Source: Octopus vulgaris (lineage: Eukaryota). From it: a stretch of 64,000 nt of DNA. The stretch lies in contig OX597815.1 of assembly GCA_951406725.2 (NCBI GenBank), positions 87,048,001 to 87,112,000 on the forward strand, in the 5' to 3' direction. The translations under genes and the position numbers were made by a program. The notes beneath the pieces were generated by a model that was not told where the DNA came from, made no database searches, and saw only the letters and a program-made list of their open reading frames with translations. Shown piece after piece: positions 10,421 to 24,245 of the stretch (positions are counted from its first letter, which is position 1; the number at the start of each line of letters is the position of its first letter).

Positions 10421-11279
10421 GTGAAATATTTGTCATACCGTCCTCCGCCACCACCGTCACTACTGCCACCGCCACCACCAATACCAGTAGCTCTAACATT
10501 AACATTCTCATCGTCAACAAGCCACTAAGGTGCCTATGCCTTGTTCTTTGACCTACTAGAAATAACAACCAAATTTCCGTCAGCCGCTATCTCAGTATTA
10601 AAACAAAAGGGCACGTGAGACATTGTATTCTTGGTTTTTGTGCACACAGGAGAAAGACGGAATGATAACGACCAGACCACTTTTAATGATAAGTCTGTTC
10701 AATCATGGCAGACCTAAGGCTAAACGACAATAATAACCATCTCCAGGAGGGAGCACTACTGCTACAGACAACAATACCTATAACAGTCACTACTACCACC
10801 ATTGTTGCACAAACTGTAGTAAAATTATCACTGTGGACAGTCACTACCATAGCCTACAATTCTAATACAATTACCACAACTAGCAACCACCACTATCAAT
10901 GAGAATCACCACCACTGTCAATACTACATCACAAACAACAACATTTCATCAACACTATACTGCGATCACCACCTTTATTATTATCATCGCTAGCATCATA
11001 TTAGTCGTAAATATCGACAATATTCATCTAAACCATAAGCATGACCTGTAACTATGGTTGCTCAACCAGCTAGAAATAAGCGTGAAACCTCCCTCAACAT
11101 ACATCTTTTTATCTTTTGAAAAGAGAAGGACAAGTCAGACTGCGTATTTCTAGTTGTACATAGGGACCTGATTGCCGTGGCTATAACATTCACAATGGTG
11201 TGCCACTTTTATATCTGAAACGCTACTACAGTTGCACATCCTAGGAAAAGGTCAATCGATTGATTGGCATAAAATCCCT

Positions 11280-11620
11280 CACAGGCCACGTTCGGCACTG
11301 TCGCCTCTCTATATATTTTTAACTTTATATATTGGAGTTGGTTGGGCTCATGCTATCTTCGCTCAGGGATTCCCGTCTCATTCGTCTCTCCTCTCACCAC
11401 TCATAGTATAAACCCACTTCTCAAGGGTCACACTAATTACTTACTATACACTTTCTCAGAACATCAACCCTCTGGAATTCATTCCATGCTCCTATCTATC
11501 TTGCAGGTGCTGACACGCAAAAATTCAAGAGATTGACATCAATCTCACTGGTCTTCTAGGTTACAAAGGTTATGTTGCACTGCTTCTTCCGTCGAACACA
11601 AGTAACGAAATAAAAGCATT
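11280..11620 (+). pseudogene. CR1/Jockey-type LINE 3' end relic
   Basis: Peptide FLRTSTLWNSFHAPIYLAGADTQKFK resembles the F.RT..LWNSLP…LQ.FK C-terminus of these ORF2s. Confidence 0.5.
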
Positions 11621-12609
11621 CATCATGGAGCTGCTCTCTCAGACCAACAATATGCATCACTTCAGCAGATACCCAACTCTATGAGCACTGTTACCACTAG
11701 AACTGCAACAAAAGCCATTGCTACTACCAACATCGACTATCTGCATCACCTCTGTCAATATTGCTATTATTTTTTATTAAGACTAATAAGGGAATTCGAG
11801 TCAACGAGTCAGCCTCTACGTTGTCGCTCTGCCTGCTCTAAATAACAAACAAATCTCCCTTAAATCACGCGCTACAGTCTTAGAAACGTACACGTTAACA
11901 TATGCCTTTTAGATGGAGAGGGAAAAATAAACCTAATAGTAACTGTTCGTAAGATTGTTTCAGGAAATTAAGTATTTTACAAAATTTAATTTTCATGCTC
12001 CAGGGAAAAAATTTCATGTTTGTCAGAAGCTAAGGTAACAATTACAAATAGAGGACGTCTACGAAGCCAATGAAGGAAATAGAGGAGATACTATGAAAGC
12101 CAAAAAGTTAGCTACTGCTTTACCTCATGGAAATAGAAGCCAAATCTTCCTCAAAAGACAACTGACCATCATAAAAAAGGAATATCACATTGGACAATAT
12201 CTGAGACACAAGAGATCCTTTTTCTAATGCGTGCAGTCAGGTATTCCCTATGCTTCAATGAAACAAAAGTGTGTCCTGTAAATGCTAGAAAACATTTGAT
12301 CATAGGTCTACTTGATCAGAACTGACACAGGGTCAACTTCAAGAAAATGAAATTCACCATGACAACCATTAATATCATCACAAACCACACTACACAGCAT
12401 TACTATCAATAAATATCGTTATTACACATCTTCAATGCTATCACAGTTACAAAAGAGATAACCACCACTATTGTTACCCCCATTATTACCGTCATAGACA
12501 CCACGAATACCAACATCATAGCCTCCTCCAAGATCAATACCGTTATCAATACTTCTTAACTGCTAAACTTCTAAAACTACTAAGCTTCTGAAACTACTAA
12601 AACCATCTT

Positions 12610-12870
12610 TATGCACCATGTCTAAAGGCATCTGTGATCATGGATCTCCATCCGTTCCTCTTCTACACACATCTTAGCATGGATTTGATATCGTCTTCTC
12701 TTTCTGTGTGCTATCTTCGGTTTCTTCTTCCTTTCAGTTTCTTGATCAAGGTTTTGTCTTCTCATAAATTGATCATAGCTTTGTCATATAAATGATCAAG
12801 GATTTATCGTCTCAAAAGATGCAAAAATCATCTCTACAATTAATTTCCACTACAAAACTCATAAAATGAA
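12610..12870 (-). pseudogene. RTE-type LINE 3' end relic
   Basis: Minus strand ends RNGWRSMITDAFRHGA*, like the DR..WR.M…RHG terminus of RTE ORF2. Confidence 0.55.
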
Positions 12871-13296
12871 TCTCCCTACAGTCACGGCTTATTTTCAGCA
12901 CTGCTACCACTTGTGCCAATATCACTGTCACTATCCTCAACATGACCACTTCGAAATAACAATGGAGTTTTATGACTTACTAAAATTTGTAGCTCAATCT
13001 CCTTCAAAATATACATCATCATCTTAACAAAAGGAAATACATTTGGAAAATATAGCCAAGGTTATACGAACGATGGGTGTGTACGGCTGGAACACTTTTG
13101 ATTATGAGCCTCCTCCATCAGCATTGACCGAGAGCAACCGCAAATAACCACTAATAGTCTAGCTACAGTACTAACAACATTACAACTGACAGCTTTACCA
13201 TCAACACTACTATTAGAGATTCTCATTCTTTTTATTGTTCGTCTGCGAGTAATACATGTACAATTTTTGCATGTGTGTGTGCAAGAGAGAGAAAGA

Positions 13297-13335
<39 letters not shown>

Positions 13336-14828
13336 TGAATTTGAGAATGTGTATGTGCACGAATGTGAATATTTTAGTGAATGATCTGTAAAACAGACCC
13401 CACACAACCTTTCCAGAGCTCATAAAACCAAGGATGAACTACAACATCAATGACCACTAATATTCCTGCAAGAGTACCAACAGCATTACAACCAACACTA
13501 CTAAGAGACCCTCAGTAACCTCCTAGAGATTATTTTTATCAATTGGTCATTTGGTGACCCACTCGAGACAGACCTCCCGATCCTTCTCACTGTACTAAAG
13601 ACTCGCACTTCAAATCCCGAATCTCCGTTGAGTTCCCTATTATTTACATAGGAGACCCTGTGATTTTTCCTCCTAATTAGCAGAAGCCTCCAAACGACAT
13701 ACAGTAGTTACTAATTGATCATATACTCTAAAGCAGTACCCAGAAAATTGTATTCATCCTGGCCACATTGTTTCTTTCTGTTATTTTTTAAAGATACATA
13801 GAGATTCGTAAATTTGTTTCAGTGTTGGATGTTTTTTACGCGAAAGATTTTGTATCCGTCGTAGAAGTCAAGTGTAACAACCATCGAATGGTTTCTGAAA
13901 CCTTATAGAAAGGATCCTTATCGCTCAGCGATACAAGAGAAAATGTGCGTGTATGTATGTATGTATGTATGTATGTATGTACACACGTGTACATATGCAT
14001 ATATATGTATGTATGCATGTATATATGTTAGCTGAAACGGTTATGGCTCCCTCAAATCTCTTCCGATTGTCTTAAAAAAAGAAAATTGGATTGGAATTTG
14101 TAGTCCAAACAAGCCAAAAAGGACGAGATGATCATAACCGGAATGCCCTTGATTCTAGGCCAGCTTTATCGCTACCACTACCACAGTACCACTACTCCCT
14201 CCTCTACAACTCTACCACTTCAGCCAACACCTGATACTACTTCCACTACATCAACCTCCTCTACCTAATTACATTAAAAAAAAAACAGCAAAAGGTAAAA
14301 TGAATGTAGAGATGAAGCATTCAGTGTAAACGTATATAATTTAACAACCGCACGAGAAACTGATAAAACACGTTCTGTGTTATTTACTGGACATGAGACA
14401 TCATCATCATCATTATAACCGCTGTTATGATTCTCACCTCAACAACCGCCATCATTACCAACACCTCCACTACCAACGCTATAGCAGTCACTGTAATCAG
14501 TATGATTAACAACAAAAACAAGGATGTGCGAATAGTACCCGAGAAACACAAGAACAATAGCCATACAAAGAAATAGGAGCAGCAACAGTATCAACAACAA
14601 ACAAAGGAATTCTAAAAGCGTAACACAACAATGGGTACAGAACGTGTTGCTAATTCAAACTTTATTTTGAAATCTTTACTTCTGTTGTGAAGAAAATTAT
14701 AAAAAAAAATCGGTCATTCATTTTTGCTTGAATGAAGTAAAACACTGTCGGCAACTACTTCAATCTAGTTCAGAAGATGTTTGAGTACTGAATCCTTCAA
14801 AGTGGAAATAGAAATGGAGCGACTTATG

Positions 14829-15125
14829 AAGGTGCATGGCTCAGTGGTTAGAGCGTTGGATTCACAATCATGAGGTAGTGAGTTCGATTCCCTGACCGGG
14901 CTGTGTGTTGCGTTCTTGAGCAAGACACTTTAATTCACGCTGCTCCAGTTCATTCAGCTGTAGAAATGAGCTGCGACGTCACTGGTACCAAGCTGTATTG
15001 GCTTTTGCCTTTCCCTTGGAAAACATTATTGGCATGGGGGGGGGGACTAGTATGCCCGGACTTGTGCCTCGGAGGGGAACTTTCTAAGTGCAATCCCATG
15101 GTCATTCATGATTGAAGGTCTTTAC
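14829..15125 (+). mobile_element. tRNA-derived SINE (family C head, alternative tail)
   Basis: A box TGGCTCAGTGG, B box GAGTTCGATTCC; tail AAATGAGCTGCGACGTCACTGG… shared with 29961-30125. Confidence 0.85.
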
Positions 15126-15339
15126 CATTTTTAATAGTAACCTAAACAATATTTTTTAGGTAGTGCCAGGCTAGTATTAAAGCCCCAAACTTAAGACAGC
15201 AATTTAACAAAACAATCATCAGTTGTCGCTGTTAATGCTGTTTACTTCCAGATGCGCTTTAATCCAGCTGACTTATGATTAAAAGCGTTCCAGACATTAT
15301 CATATTGGGTTTTCGTTTCGTTTTCTTTATTATCCTTAT

Positions 15340-15453
15340 TAAGGCAGCATGCTGGACGAAATGCTAAGCGGTGTTTCGCCCGTCGCTACGTTCTGGTTTC
15401 AAATTCCGCCGAGGTCGATTTTGCCTTTCATCCTTTCGGGGTCGATGAATTAA
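15340..15453 (+). mobile_element. SINE family B, truncated
   Basis: CAAATTCCGCCGAGGTCGATTTTGCCTTTCATCCTTTCGGGGTCGAT core. Confidence 0.8.
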
Positions 15454-15454
15454 C

Positions 15455-15775
15455 TCCTTTCGAGCTTAGTTTTCAATACAGAGAGTCATATCCAGGTTGT
15501 CATCTGGAGATGGTTAAAATACAAGTATCGTTTTAAGTCTTAACGAAACTGTGATCATAACTGGTAGCGAAGTTCGTAGTGCGAATTAAAGATTCAGAAG
15601 TCCTACGGTGGATCTAATATAAGTTCTGCCTGCATGTTCTCCAGTCTTACGATCCTCGTAAGTATATTTTCAATGATGTTAGCATGTTTCCTAAAGATAT
15701 ATTTAGCCATTACTTCATCTCCAACACAACCCACCTCAAAAAGAAAAACTTAGTTTCTGAACTTGTCTTAACTAT
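15455..15775 (-). pseudogene. CRE-like non-LTR retrotransposon RT-thumb relic
   Basis: Minus frames GCVGDEVMAKYIFRKHANIIENILTRIVRLENMQAELIL and IRSTVGLLNL*FALRTSLP resemble the CRE-type GAPIG…Q.AL.LLR.C….KL.Y.LRT.P region. Confidence 0.45.
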
Positions 15776-18108
15776 AAATTCAATCGACTGCTCTTTTTTC
15801 CACGAACATAATGTAACAGGCGCAGTTTATAGCTAAATATGTTTGCATCACAACCAATTGTTTCCGCATTCGATTACATTGTGCGACATATATCTATTTA
15901 CTATAGACTCAGATTGACCAATGCCTTGTGAGTGAAATTTAGTAAATGAAAACGGTGCGGAATCCCATTGTACATATAGTGACTAAGACTAGAAAAAGAA
16001 ACGCATTGATCTACTTATAAAGTTAAGTAAAGCATGAGTCTTTTTTTATAATAAAAATAAAATGTTAGTCGATTTTGACAAAAATATAGTAAAACAAAAG
16101 AATTGTACAACAAGTTCGACAAGGAAAAGAAAGAAAAATATGTGGTAGGTAATTAGATGAAGTCCTTAAGCAATAACAGTCAAAGTGCGTGTGCTCGCTA
16201 CGGGAGCTGCAAGGCTAAGGAAAGATCAGTGATGTAAACAAAAGTGAGAGAGAAATAAATGCATGTGTGTGTGTAAGCCAGTATATAGCGTTTCGTCCTT
16301 TTGTGTCAGAAAAAAAGGTGATTTAGCGATTTGATAAATAGATTTCGATAAGATGAGTAGCAGTTTGAAATAGTACTGAGGCCGATATAATCGACCGAAA
16401 CCCTCGACAGGCGGCGTCTTACTATCGCCGTGATTCAATGACTGAAATCAGAAAAAAAAATAAAATAAAATACCCACCACTGGCTTATCCAATGCTTCCT
16501 TTCTTTTTTAAGATGGTAAGTTGTCATTTTACGGGTTCTAGTACATCCAACAACCACTTTTGATCGGCTTGCGTGAATAAGTGTTTTTCATTACTGTTGT
16601 CATTATATAGACGTGAGTCAACTATACACTTTCAGGCAGTAGTCTACGAGGGCTGGACTGTTGAGTGTTAAAATTATAGACAATGAACACAGCGCAACTC
16701 TTGTGACAGAAAATGAACTGTCACCCCTACCACACCCTCCAATTGTTTTGTCGAGTTCCCTATCGACTTGACCTTCCGCTGCTCTTAAAAAGAAGGAGTG
16801 TAAGTATAAATAATCATATACCCCGTTTCTTGCCCGTCATGTTACCACCACCATCACCGCCACTCTTATCACCACTGTCATCCGAAGCGCTGAAAGGAGT
16901 GGCTTTCTAGCTCGCTATTTTGTTACGAATAAAAATGTATCACAATTATCAAAACAAGAACTTCTATATGCCAAAAACATGTTCTAGGATATTAACGGAT
17001 ACTCACCTGAGATTCCATTCAACCTGTATAAACAGAAGCCAACACTGGTATATTCAGTATAATCTATACATCTGCGTTCTTTTCTGGAGATATTAAATTA
17101 TGAAAATTTTCTTCAAAAGCTAACTATTGTTCTTATAAAAAGAATACCGAGTGAATCATACGGCTTCTCAAACTGGTATAATCTCTGTATATTCACATGA
17201 GAGAATGAATATATTCATATGCTATATGAATATATAAGATATATGAACTATGAGATCGGATATGCACATAAAAGAGAATAGCTTCTTATTTTCTGATTCT
17301 ACTATCAAATTATCCACCAAAAATATCCGTTTGTTTTTTTGATTTTTTGGTGGGGGGGTTTCTTCTCGTGGTAAATAAGCATGAATTATTTTTCTCCCTT
17401 ATTGCTGAAGTAGAACTGATTTGACTACACAGTGACAGTAACAATAACCATAACGATTCAACTAGGGAACCTCTACGTGACCGCTCGACCTATTTGAAAT
17501 GGTAACTTACCGTCCAACAAATTACACTGCCATCTTTAAGAAAGAGGGCACCGTAGATAATATTGGCCAAGGTACTCTGTTGTCTGAAAAGACATGGTGA
17601 TGACCAGCCTTTGATCGAAGGTTTGTTTGACAACAATAAAAAGTATTCTGCATAAATTAATTCTACTGACCCACATCCATTTTTTTGGAGCCCCACTTAC
17701 TAAACTGTACTCGTCATGAAATTTTGCGTGCTGAAGTTCCTCTGCCCCTTTAGTAAAAATAATTCATACGAATTCTCACTCTGAAAAGCTAAGTAAATAT
17801 GCCTATGATTTATTGATTCCTGAAAGATGAAAAGCTACACATAATTCGACTGACAGTAGGGTAAATGTCGGACTGATCAATTGATTTGTTATATCAATAA
17901 ATTTACCCTATTGAAATACATAGGTGACATTAGACAATGCTGTTGTAGATGTACAAAAATACCAGATAGCTAAGGGTGGAAAGCCTTTGATCATAAGTTC
18001 ATTTTTTGATCACGAACTCACCACTACTCGGTTACTAGACAGGTACCCGAACCATTCGGTACAGTTATCGATATCGGCTTTTATATTGAATTTCTATGAA
18101 AAGTAAGT

Positions 18109-18335
18109 GAGGTGGCGAACTGACAAAATCCTAAGAGTGTCGAAAAATATTCTGCACAGCATTCGTTCCGGCTTTTTACATTCTGAATTCAGATCCCAGC
18201 GAGATCGATTTTTGTCTTTCATCCCACCACGGTCAGTAAAATAAAGTATTAGTTAGATAGTATTGTCATAGTTAGTAAAATCTACTGCTCTACTTCTCAC
18301 TCAATTGGTCTTGTACCTAAATCAGAAAGTATATA
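18109..18335 (+). mobile_element. Decayed SINE family B
   Basis: GAGGTGGCGAACTGACAAAATC…TTCTGAATTCAGAT…GTCTTTCATCC. Confidence 0.55.
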
Positions 18336-19379
18336 GAATTTCTATAAACTTAATAATTTACTTCTAACAGAAGGGATTCGAAACTACGTTCTCGTGATTA
18401 CTGAATCTATTCATATTCTATAAGAGAGTTCCAAAACCTACGCAACCTGCAGAAATACTACTGCAGACTAAGTGTTCGCGCAGTGTATTCATGTACAAGC
18501 AAACGAGTGAATCTCACATAGTCGCGTAAGCAGCTGTAAAATTCAAATTTTCTCAAAATCACACTCTATTGTCTTAAAAGAAAGAAAAAAGCACTTTGAC
18601 TACCGGAATCAACTAAAAGACAGAATGGCCACCATTGGATTCTCTTTGATTCTACGTCTGTTCAGTAAAGTTAAGTCTGGGGCTAATCTATTCATGTTGT
18701 GTAAGAAAAGTCAGCTTTGTGAGCACGTTCCCTCTTCCAGTTATGTCTTGGAGCATTTGAACTCAGCTCACCAAGTTCAGAAAACACTCATCAGTTTAAA
18801 GAGCTACCATTGCTTACACGAGAGAGAGTTACTCATAGTCTGTGTTGCCTATTGATTGTTACAATTAATAAGTCACAAGGTCACAAATATGTGGCGAAGG
18901 TATAGTCGGTCGATTTTATTGATAAGAAGAAAATGAAAAACAAAATCGAGCCTCCTGATATTTGAACTCAGAACGTTTAAAATTATGACTAAAAACCTAA
19001 ATGCAGTTTAATTTGACACACTGCTGATCCTACCTAATCACCGATCTGTTACTCAGTGACTGCAAGATCTTTTGAGAATTAATTGTTCTTTGATATTATT
19101 TTGCAAAATTCAGTTCCTATATCGACTGTTTCCAAACCGAAGAGTGAAGTTTCAAATTTTGGTAATGTTATCCCCCTTTCTATGCAGATATGATGTCGAT
19201 CTCCATAAACTGTCTTCTCTAGACTAAGATCACTGCTGTAGAATTCAAATGATTAAACGAATAAGGTTTTTATAGCAGTCGCATTCACATATTCATTTTA
19301 GTATGAGAAATATTTAATAATGCTACATATAGTGTTGTACACCTCACTATAACCAATTACAAAGGAAAACGTGATTTCG

Positions 19380-19742
19380 GGTTCGTTCCTATTGCGTTGC
19401 ACCTAAAATGAGTGTCTTCTACTATGATGTTGGACCGACAAATGCCTTGCAAGTAAATATGATAAATAGAAACGGTGCAGAATCTCATCTTTTGCGTGTG
19501 TATTATTTATGCATGTATATGTATATGTGTATGACCGTCTTTGTGTCTGTCACTCGCCACTTCGCAATTGCGTTGGTTTCTTTACGTCCCCGTAACTTTG
19601 CGCTTTGACAAAAGAAGCAATCGCATAAGTACCAGACCTTAAAATAAGAACTGCAGTTGATTTGAACGATTAAACTCTTCAATGTGGTGCCCTAACGTGA
19701 CCACAATCTAATGTCTGAAACTAGTAAAAGAATAAAAGAGAA
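19380..19742 (+). mobile_element. Decayed SINE family A
   Basis: GTGTCTTCTACTAT…TTTACGTCCCCGTAACTT…TGAAACTAGTAAAAGAATAAAAGAG tail. Confidence 0.6.
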
Positions 19743-20006
19743 ACATTGTACTAAGATCGGTAGGCTGAGACATTGGTATTAGTCAAAGCAAAGTTATGCA
19801 ACCAGGGATTATATGACTATAAATAAGGGGAGTTAAACGACTGTAAACGTCGGAAAAATGAATGTAAATGTCAGAGAACCGTTGTAACGGTTGGGACATT
19901 AATCATTGATTATAAATTTCCACAATTTTATGTCGAGAATGGAAATAAAGACTGGCGAACAAATAAAACATTAATAGATAAATAGAATAAATGATAGACA
20001 CCGAAT

Positions 20007-20083
<77 letters not shown>

Positions 20084-20095
20084 GAAAGAAAGAAA
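20007..20095. repeat. (AAAG)n microsatellite
   Basis: Direct inspection. Confidence 0.95.
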
Positions 20096-20537
20096 GCCGC
20101 AAAGAAAGAATGATAACTTTTTCTTTATGATCAAATATTTATACATTTATATTGATTTCTTTTTACACGCACGTACAAATATATATACGAACACACATAC
20201 ACGTATATATGCATTCTATGCACAACATAGCGTGAATGAAGTCTGCTTAGTTGCGATCAGAAATTATAAAAATGTAAACATATTCCTACTATTTATGCTT
20301 AAGTTAGAAGTTCAAGTTGGTATTATGACTAGGGTACCATAGCTTTCGTTTTGCACAGAGTATTGTTCTTGAGAGTGTCTGTCAAAACATAAGAAAGTTA
20401 AAAGTTTGCTTTAAAATTAATTTGATGAGATGATAGTATGATCTTAAGATGACAGCAAAAGGTGTTTCCTATTATATACACTTAAAAGAACTTTTGATAA
20501 CGTTCGCAGATTAGAATGTTTTTGGAATTACATCGAT

Positions 20538-21302
20538 AAGGCGGCGAGCTGGCAGAAACGTTAGCACGCTGGGCGAAATGCGTAGCTGTATTTCGTCTGC
20601 CGTTACGTTCTGAGTTCAAATTCCGCTGAGGTCGACTTTGCCTTTCATCCTATCGGGGTCGATAAATTAAGTACTAGTTACGCACTGGGGTCGATGTAGT
20701 CGACTTGATCCGTTTGTCTGTCCTTGTTTGTCCTCTCTGTGTTTGGCCCCTTGTGGGTAGTAAAGAAATAGGTATTTTGTCTGCCGCTAAGTTCTGGGTT
20801 CAAATTCCGCCGAGGTCGACTTTGCCTTTCATCCAATCGGGCTCGATAAATTAAGTACTAGTTACGCACTGGGGTCGATGTAGTCGACTTGATCCGTTTG
20901 TCTGTCCTTGTTTGTCCTCTCTGTGTTTGGCCCCTTGTGGGTAGTAAAGAAATAGGTATTTTGTCTGCCGCTAAGTTCTGAGTTCAAATTCCGCCGAGGT
21001 CGACTTTGCCTTTCATCCTTTCGGGGTCGATAAATTAAGTACCAGTTACACACTGGGTCGATGTAATCGACTTAATCCGTTTGTCTTCCTTGTTGTCCTC
21101 TCTGTGTTTAGCCCCTTGTGGGTTGTAAAGAAATAAGTATTTCGCCTGTCTTTACGTTCTGCATTCAAATTCAGCCGAGGTCGACTTTGCCTTTCATCCT
21201 TTCGGGATCGATTAAGTACCAGTTGCGTACAGGGAGTCGATCTAATTGGCTGCCCCCACCTCCCCAAAAATTTCGGGCCTTGTACCTAGAGTAGAAAAGA
21301 AT
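20538..21302 (+). mobile_element. SINE family B tandem multimer (one head plus four core units)
   Basis: Units start at 20588, 20772, 20956, 21137 (periods 184, 184, 181). Core GCCTTTCATCCTTTCGGGGTCGATAAATTAAGTACCAG resembles the Meta/MESC SINE domain (from recall). Confidence 0.9.
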
Positions 21303-22486
21303 ATCTTTCGTAGGATATTAGCGGTCCACATAAGCACTATTTTTAAAAATTTCTTCTATTTTTGGATTTCCTGGTATCTGAGACAGGAAAAAATCAGCCC
21401 CTTTTGCTATCTTTTGCTATGACAACAAGTATTGTTCTAGTCTTGAGGTTCCAAATTTTGCCAATTTCTATTTCAAGATCTTCATATTTACTCAGTAAAT
21501 AGGTAGGTCTTGACAGATACATTTATGTCGATTAGGATAGTTATGTCGATGAGGAGGCATGATCTTTATCTGAAATCCTTCAGTAAAATGTCTGGCTTAT
21601 TTGCATCTATCTTTCTGTTACTTTGAACTGTAAAGTGCCAAAGGGGTGAGATATAATCATTTTCAAGCACTGGAGGTGGTTAGTGTTCCCACCAGCTTTT
21701 ATCATTGAACAGGTCCTTGCAAATTACCCAATGAATATACTGTGCTGCTCTATCTAAAGTGACTGAATTTGTTGTTGGATTCACTCTTGACAAATAGGCT
21801 TTTTACGGAAAATGTTTCCGTTTTCTAATTTTTTCTCCACAAAGAGTTGTTGAGATCTTAGCAGAAGCATAATAAAGGTGATTGAGATTTGTAATGTCAA
21901 CATCATTAGCTGAAATCATATCTTTATGTGCAACGCGGATTTTACCAATTACCTTCAGGTTTTGCGAATTTTGTGTGGAGTATAAGGTTAATCCATACCG
22001 AATTCCTTAATTTTCAGCCATTCAATCATGATTTAGATATTTAGATCATCTAATCAGTTAGGTTAATTTCTGTGTGATTTTCATCGCCTATTTGATTTTC
22101 ATGTTTCTTGATATTTATGGCTGGTTCAGGAAGTATTTCACTTTGCTTATCAGTTACATTGGCTTTTTTCTATCATTACTACGTTTTCATCAGACCAGGG
22201 CTGGTCTGAAATTGTTTCTTCATTCGTACCTTCTTTAACTGTATCTTCGTTGCTTTAATCCTTTACTGATTGTTTAATCTGGTCAATTTTTAATTTAGTT
22301 TGTAATTTCTATGTTATAATGTTTTTTCTGACGTTCGCGAGATTGTTACTATCTATGTAAGATCTTATTTCAAGATGCTTCTCTCTCCAATTTAGGTAGG
22401 TTTGTTCAGTAGTGGCTTGATTTATGGGGAAATGCATGGCACCATAGAAGGCCTTAAGAACTTCTTTATTATCTTCCCTGGACCAT
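21303..22486 (-). mobile_element. Internally deleted R4/Dong-like (RLE) non-LTR element
   Basis: N-terminal WREKHLEIRSYIDSNNLANVRKNII near 22320-22400; RLE domain AQYIHWVICK…WHFTVQSNRKIDANKPDILL…LLIDI…KYEDLEIEIGKIW at 21300-21755; no RT in between; abuts (TAA)n. Confidence 0.75.
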
Positions 22487-22579
22487 ATTTATTATTATTA
22501 TTATTATTATTAACATTATTATTATTATTATTGTTATTATCATCATCATCATCATTATTATTATTATTATTATGGTAAT

Positions 22580-23065
22580 TAGGTGGTGAGCTGGCAGAAT
22601 CGTTAGCACGCCGGGCAAAATGATTTGCAGCATTTCGACCGTCTTCACGTTCTAAGTTCAAATTCCACCGAGGACGATTTTTCTTTTCATCCTTTCGGGG
22701 TCGATAAAATAAGTACCAGTTGAGTACTGGAGTCGATGTAATCGACTTACCTCCTTCCCCAAAATTGCTGGCCTTGTGCCAAAATTTGAAACCATTATTA
22801 TTACTATTATTATCATTATTATTATTATTACCATTATCATTATTATTAAGGCGATGAACTGGCAGAATCGATAGTACACCTGGTGAAATACATAGTGGGA
22901 TTTTGCCCCTCGTTACATTCTGAGTTCGAATTCCACCGAGGCCAACTATGCTTCTCATCCTTTTGGCGTGGATAAATTAAGTACCAGTCAAACATTGGGG
23001 TCGATGTTATAGACTAGTCCCCTCCCCCAAAATTTTAGGCCTTGTGTATTTAGTAGAAAGGATTA
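22580..23065 (+). mobile_element. Two SINE family B copies with (ATT)n tails
   Basis: Copies at 22580-22800 and 22847-23065, each ending …GGCCTTGTG…GAAA(CC)ATTATT. Confidence 0.85.
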
Positions 23066-24007
23066 TTATTATTATTGTTGTTGTTGTTGTTGGATTGGAT
23101 TAGACACAGCTTTAGTAGACCATCCAACGAAATATGTCTTGTGGGTACGTAATTGCATCTTTTAATATTTTGAAATGAAATACAGCTGGATCACCTCTAG
23201 TTTTTATCTCTCATAAAATACGTACCCAATCGAGTATTGTGGTCAATCTAACGTGACTACACCCTCACAACAATAGTTTACATTTGTATCAATGTTAGAC
23301 ATCATTATTTCATTATTGTATATAATTTATAAATATATTTACTTTAAATACGTATACACATGTTAGTGTATACATACTATATACATACATTATTTATTTT
23401 TCGAAACAATTACATTCCTAAGAAGCTCTTATATTGTTTATATTTATATTATATATATATATGCTTAATCATTTTCCCATCTCGTCGTATTATTAGCGGA
23501 AAAAATTAATAAACATGACAAATCAGTGACATCATTTCCCAGTTGTAAATTAAATTTGTCAGTTCGTACAATAGTTGTATCAGAACGCTGTATAAGAAGC
23601 CTTGATAACGGATCCCAACATTCATAAAACTAATAGGACTCACACCCTTTCTTCAGATAACGAACTGTCAACGGTAATATGACAAAAATAGATTTAGAAA
23701 AAAAACATACGTACATTGAAAGAAACGACTGCCATAGTATTTATTTTTGTGTCAGATTTATCATAAATCTGACAGATTGATGTTATAATAGGAATTTCAA
23801 GATGGCTTGTACAGGACTCCCTTGTGGGATTGGTAACATTCTGTTGATATCACCCACTTTATTATAATTTTTCGTTGTTTTTGATGCCGTTACGGTTTCA
23901 GGGGTATGGTTAAAAATAATAATGACCATGACAACAGTGGTGGTAGGTGCAGAATATGCGGTAGTTTATTTTGATTGTGTCACCGTACATTTGTTTACAT
24001 TATATGC

Positions 24008-24058
<51 letters not shown>

Positions 24059-24211
24059 CATATATGCATGTGTGTGTGTGTGTGTATCGACACAAAGAGA
24101 GAGAGAGATACGTATGCATATATATGTATATGTGCACAATATTTAATATGCTTTATAAATGATTTGTATATTGTATATATTAACTATCTATCTATTACAC
24201 ATAAGCATGTG

Positions 24212-24245
<34 letters not shown>

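Larger units (their letters stand above)
11040..14170 (+). repeat. Cluster of decayed copies of an old interspersed repeat in CAC/CAA/TAC low-complexity DNA
   Basis: Motif chain (C)TAGAAATA…CAAATCTCCCTCAA…TCTTAAAAAA…GGAATGCCTTTGATCATAGGTC near 11060, 11830, 12130, 12990, 14040; further copies near 6880-7080 (-), 17465, 18520, 26320 (-), 48060. Confidence 0.5.

Noticed and set aside
14829-14900. tRNA gene
   Set aside because: A and B boxes are present but run directly into a SINE body; same for 9540 and 29662.
20588-21300. Regular repeats as a CRISPR array
   Set aside because: Whole 184-bp units repeat with no unique spacers; SINE-derived, eukaryotic context, no cas genes.
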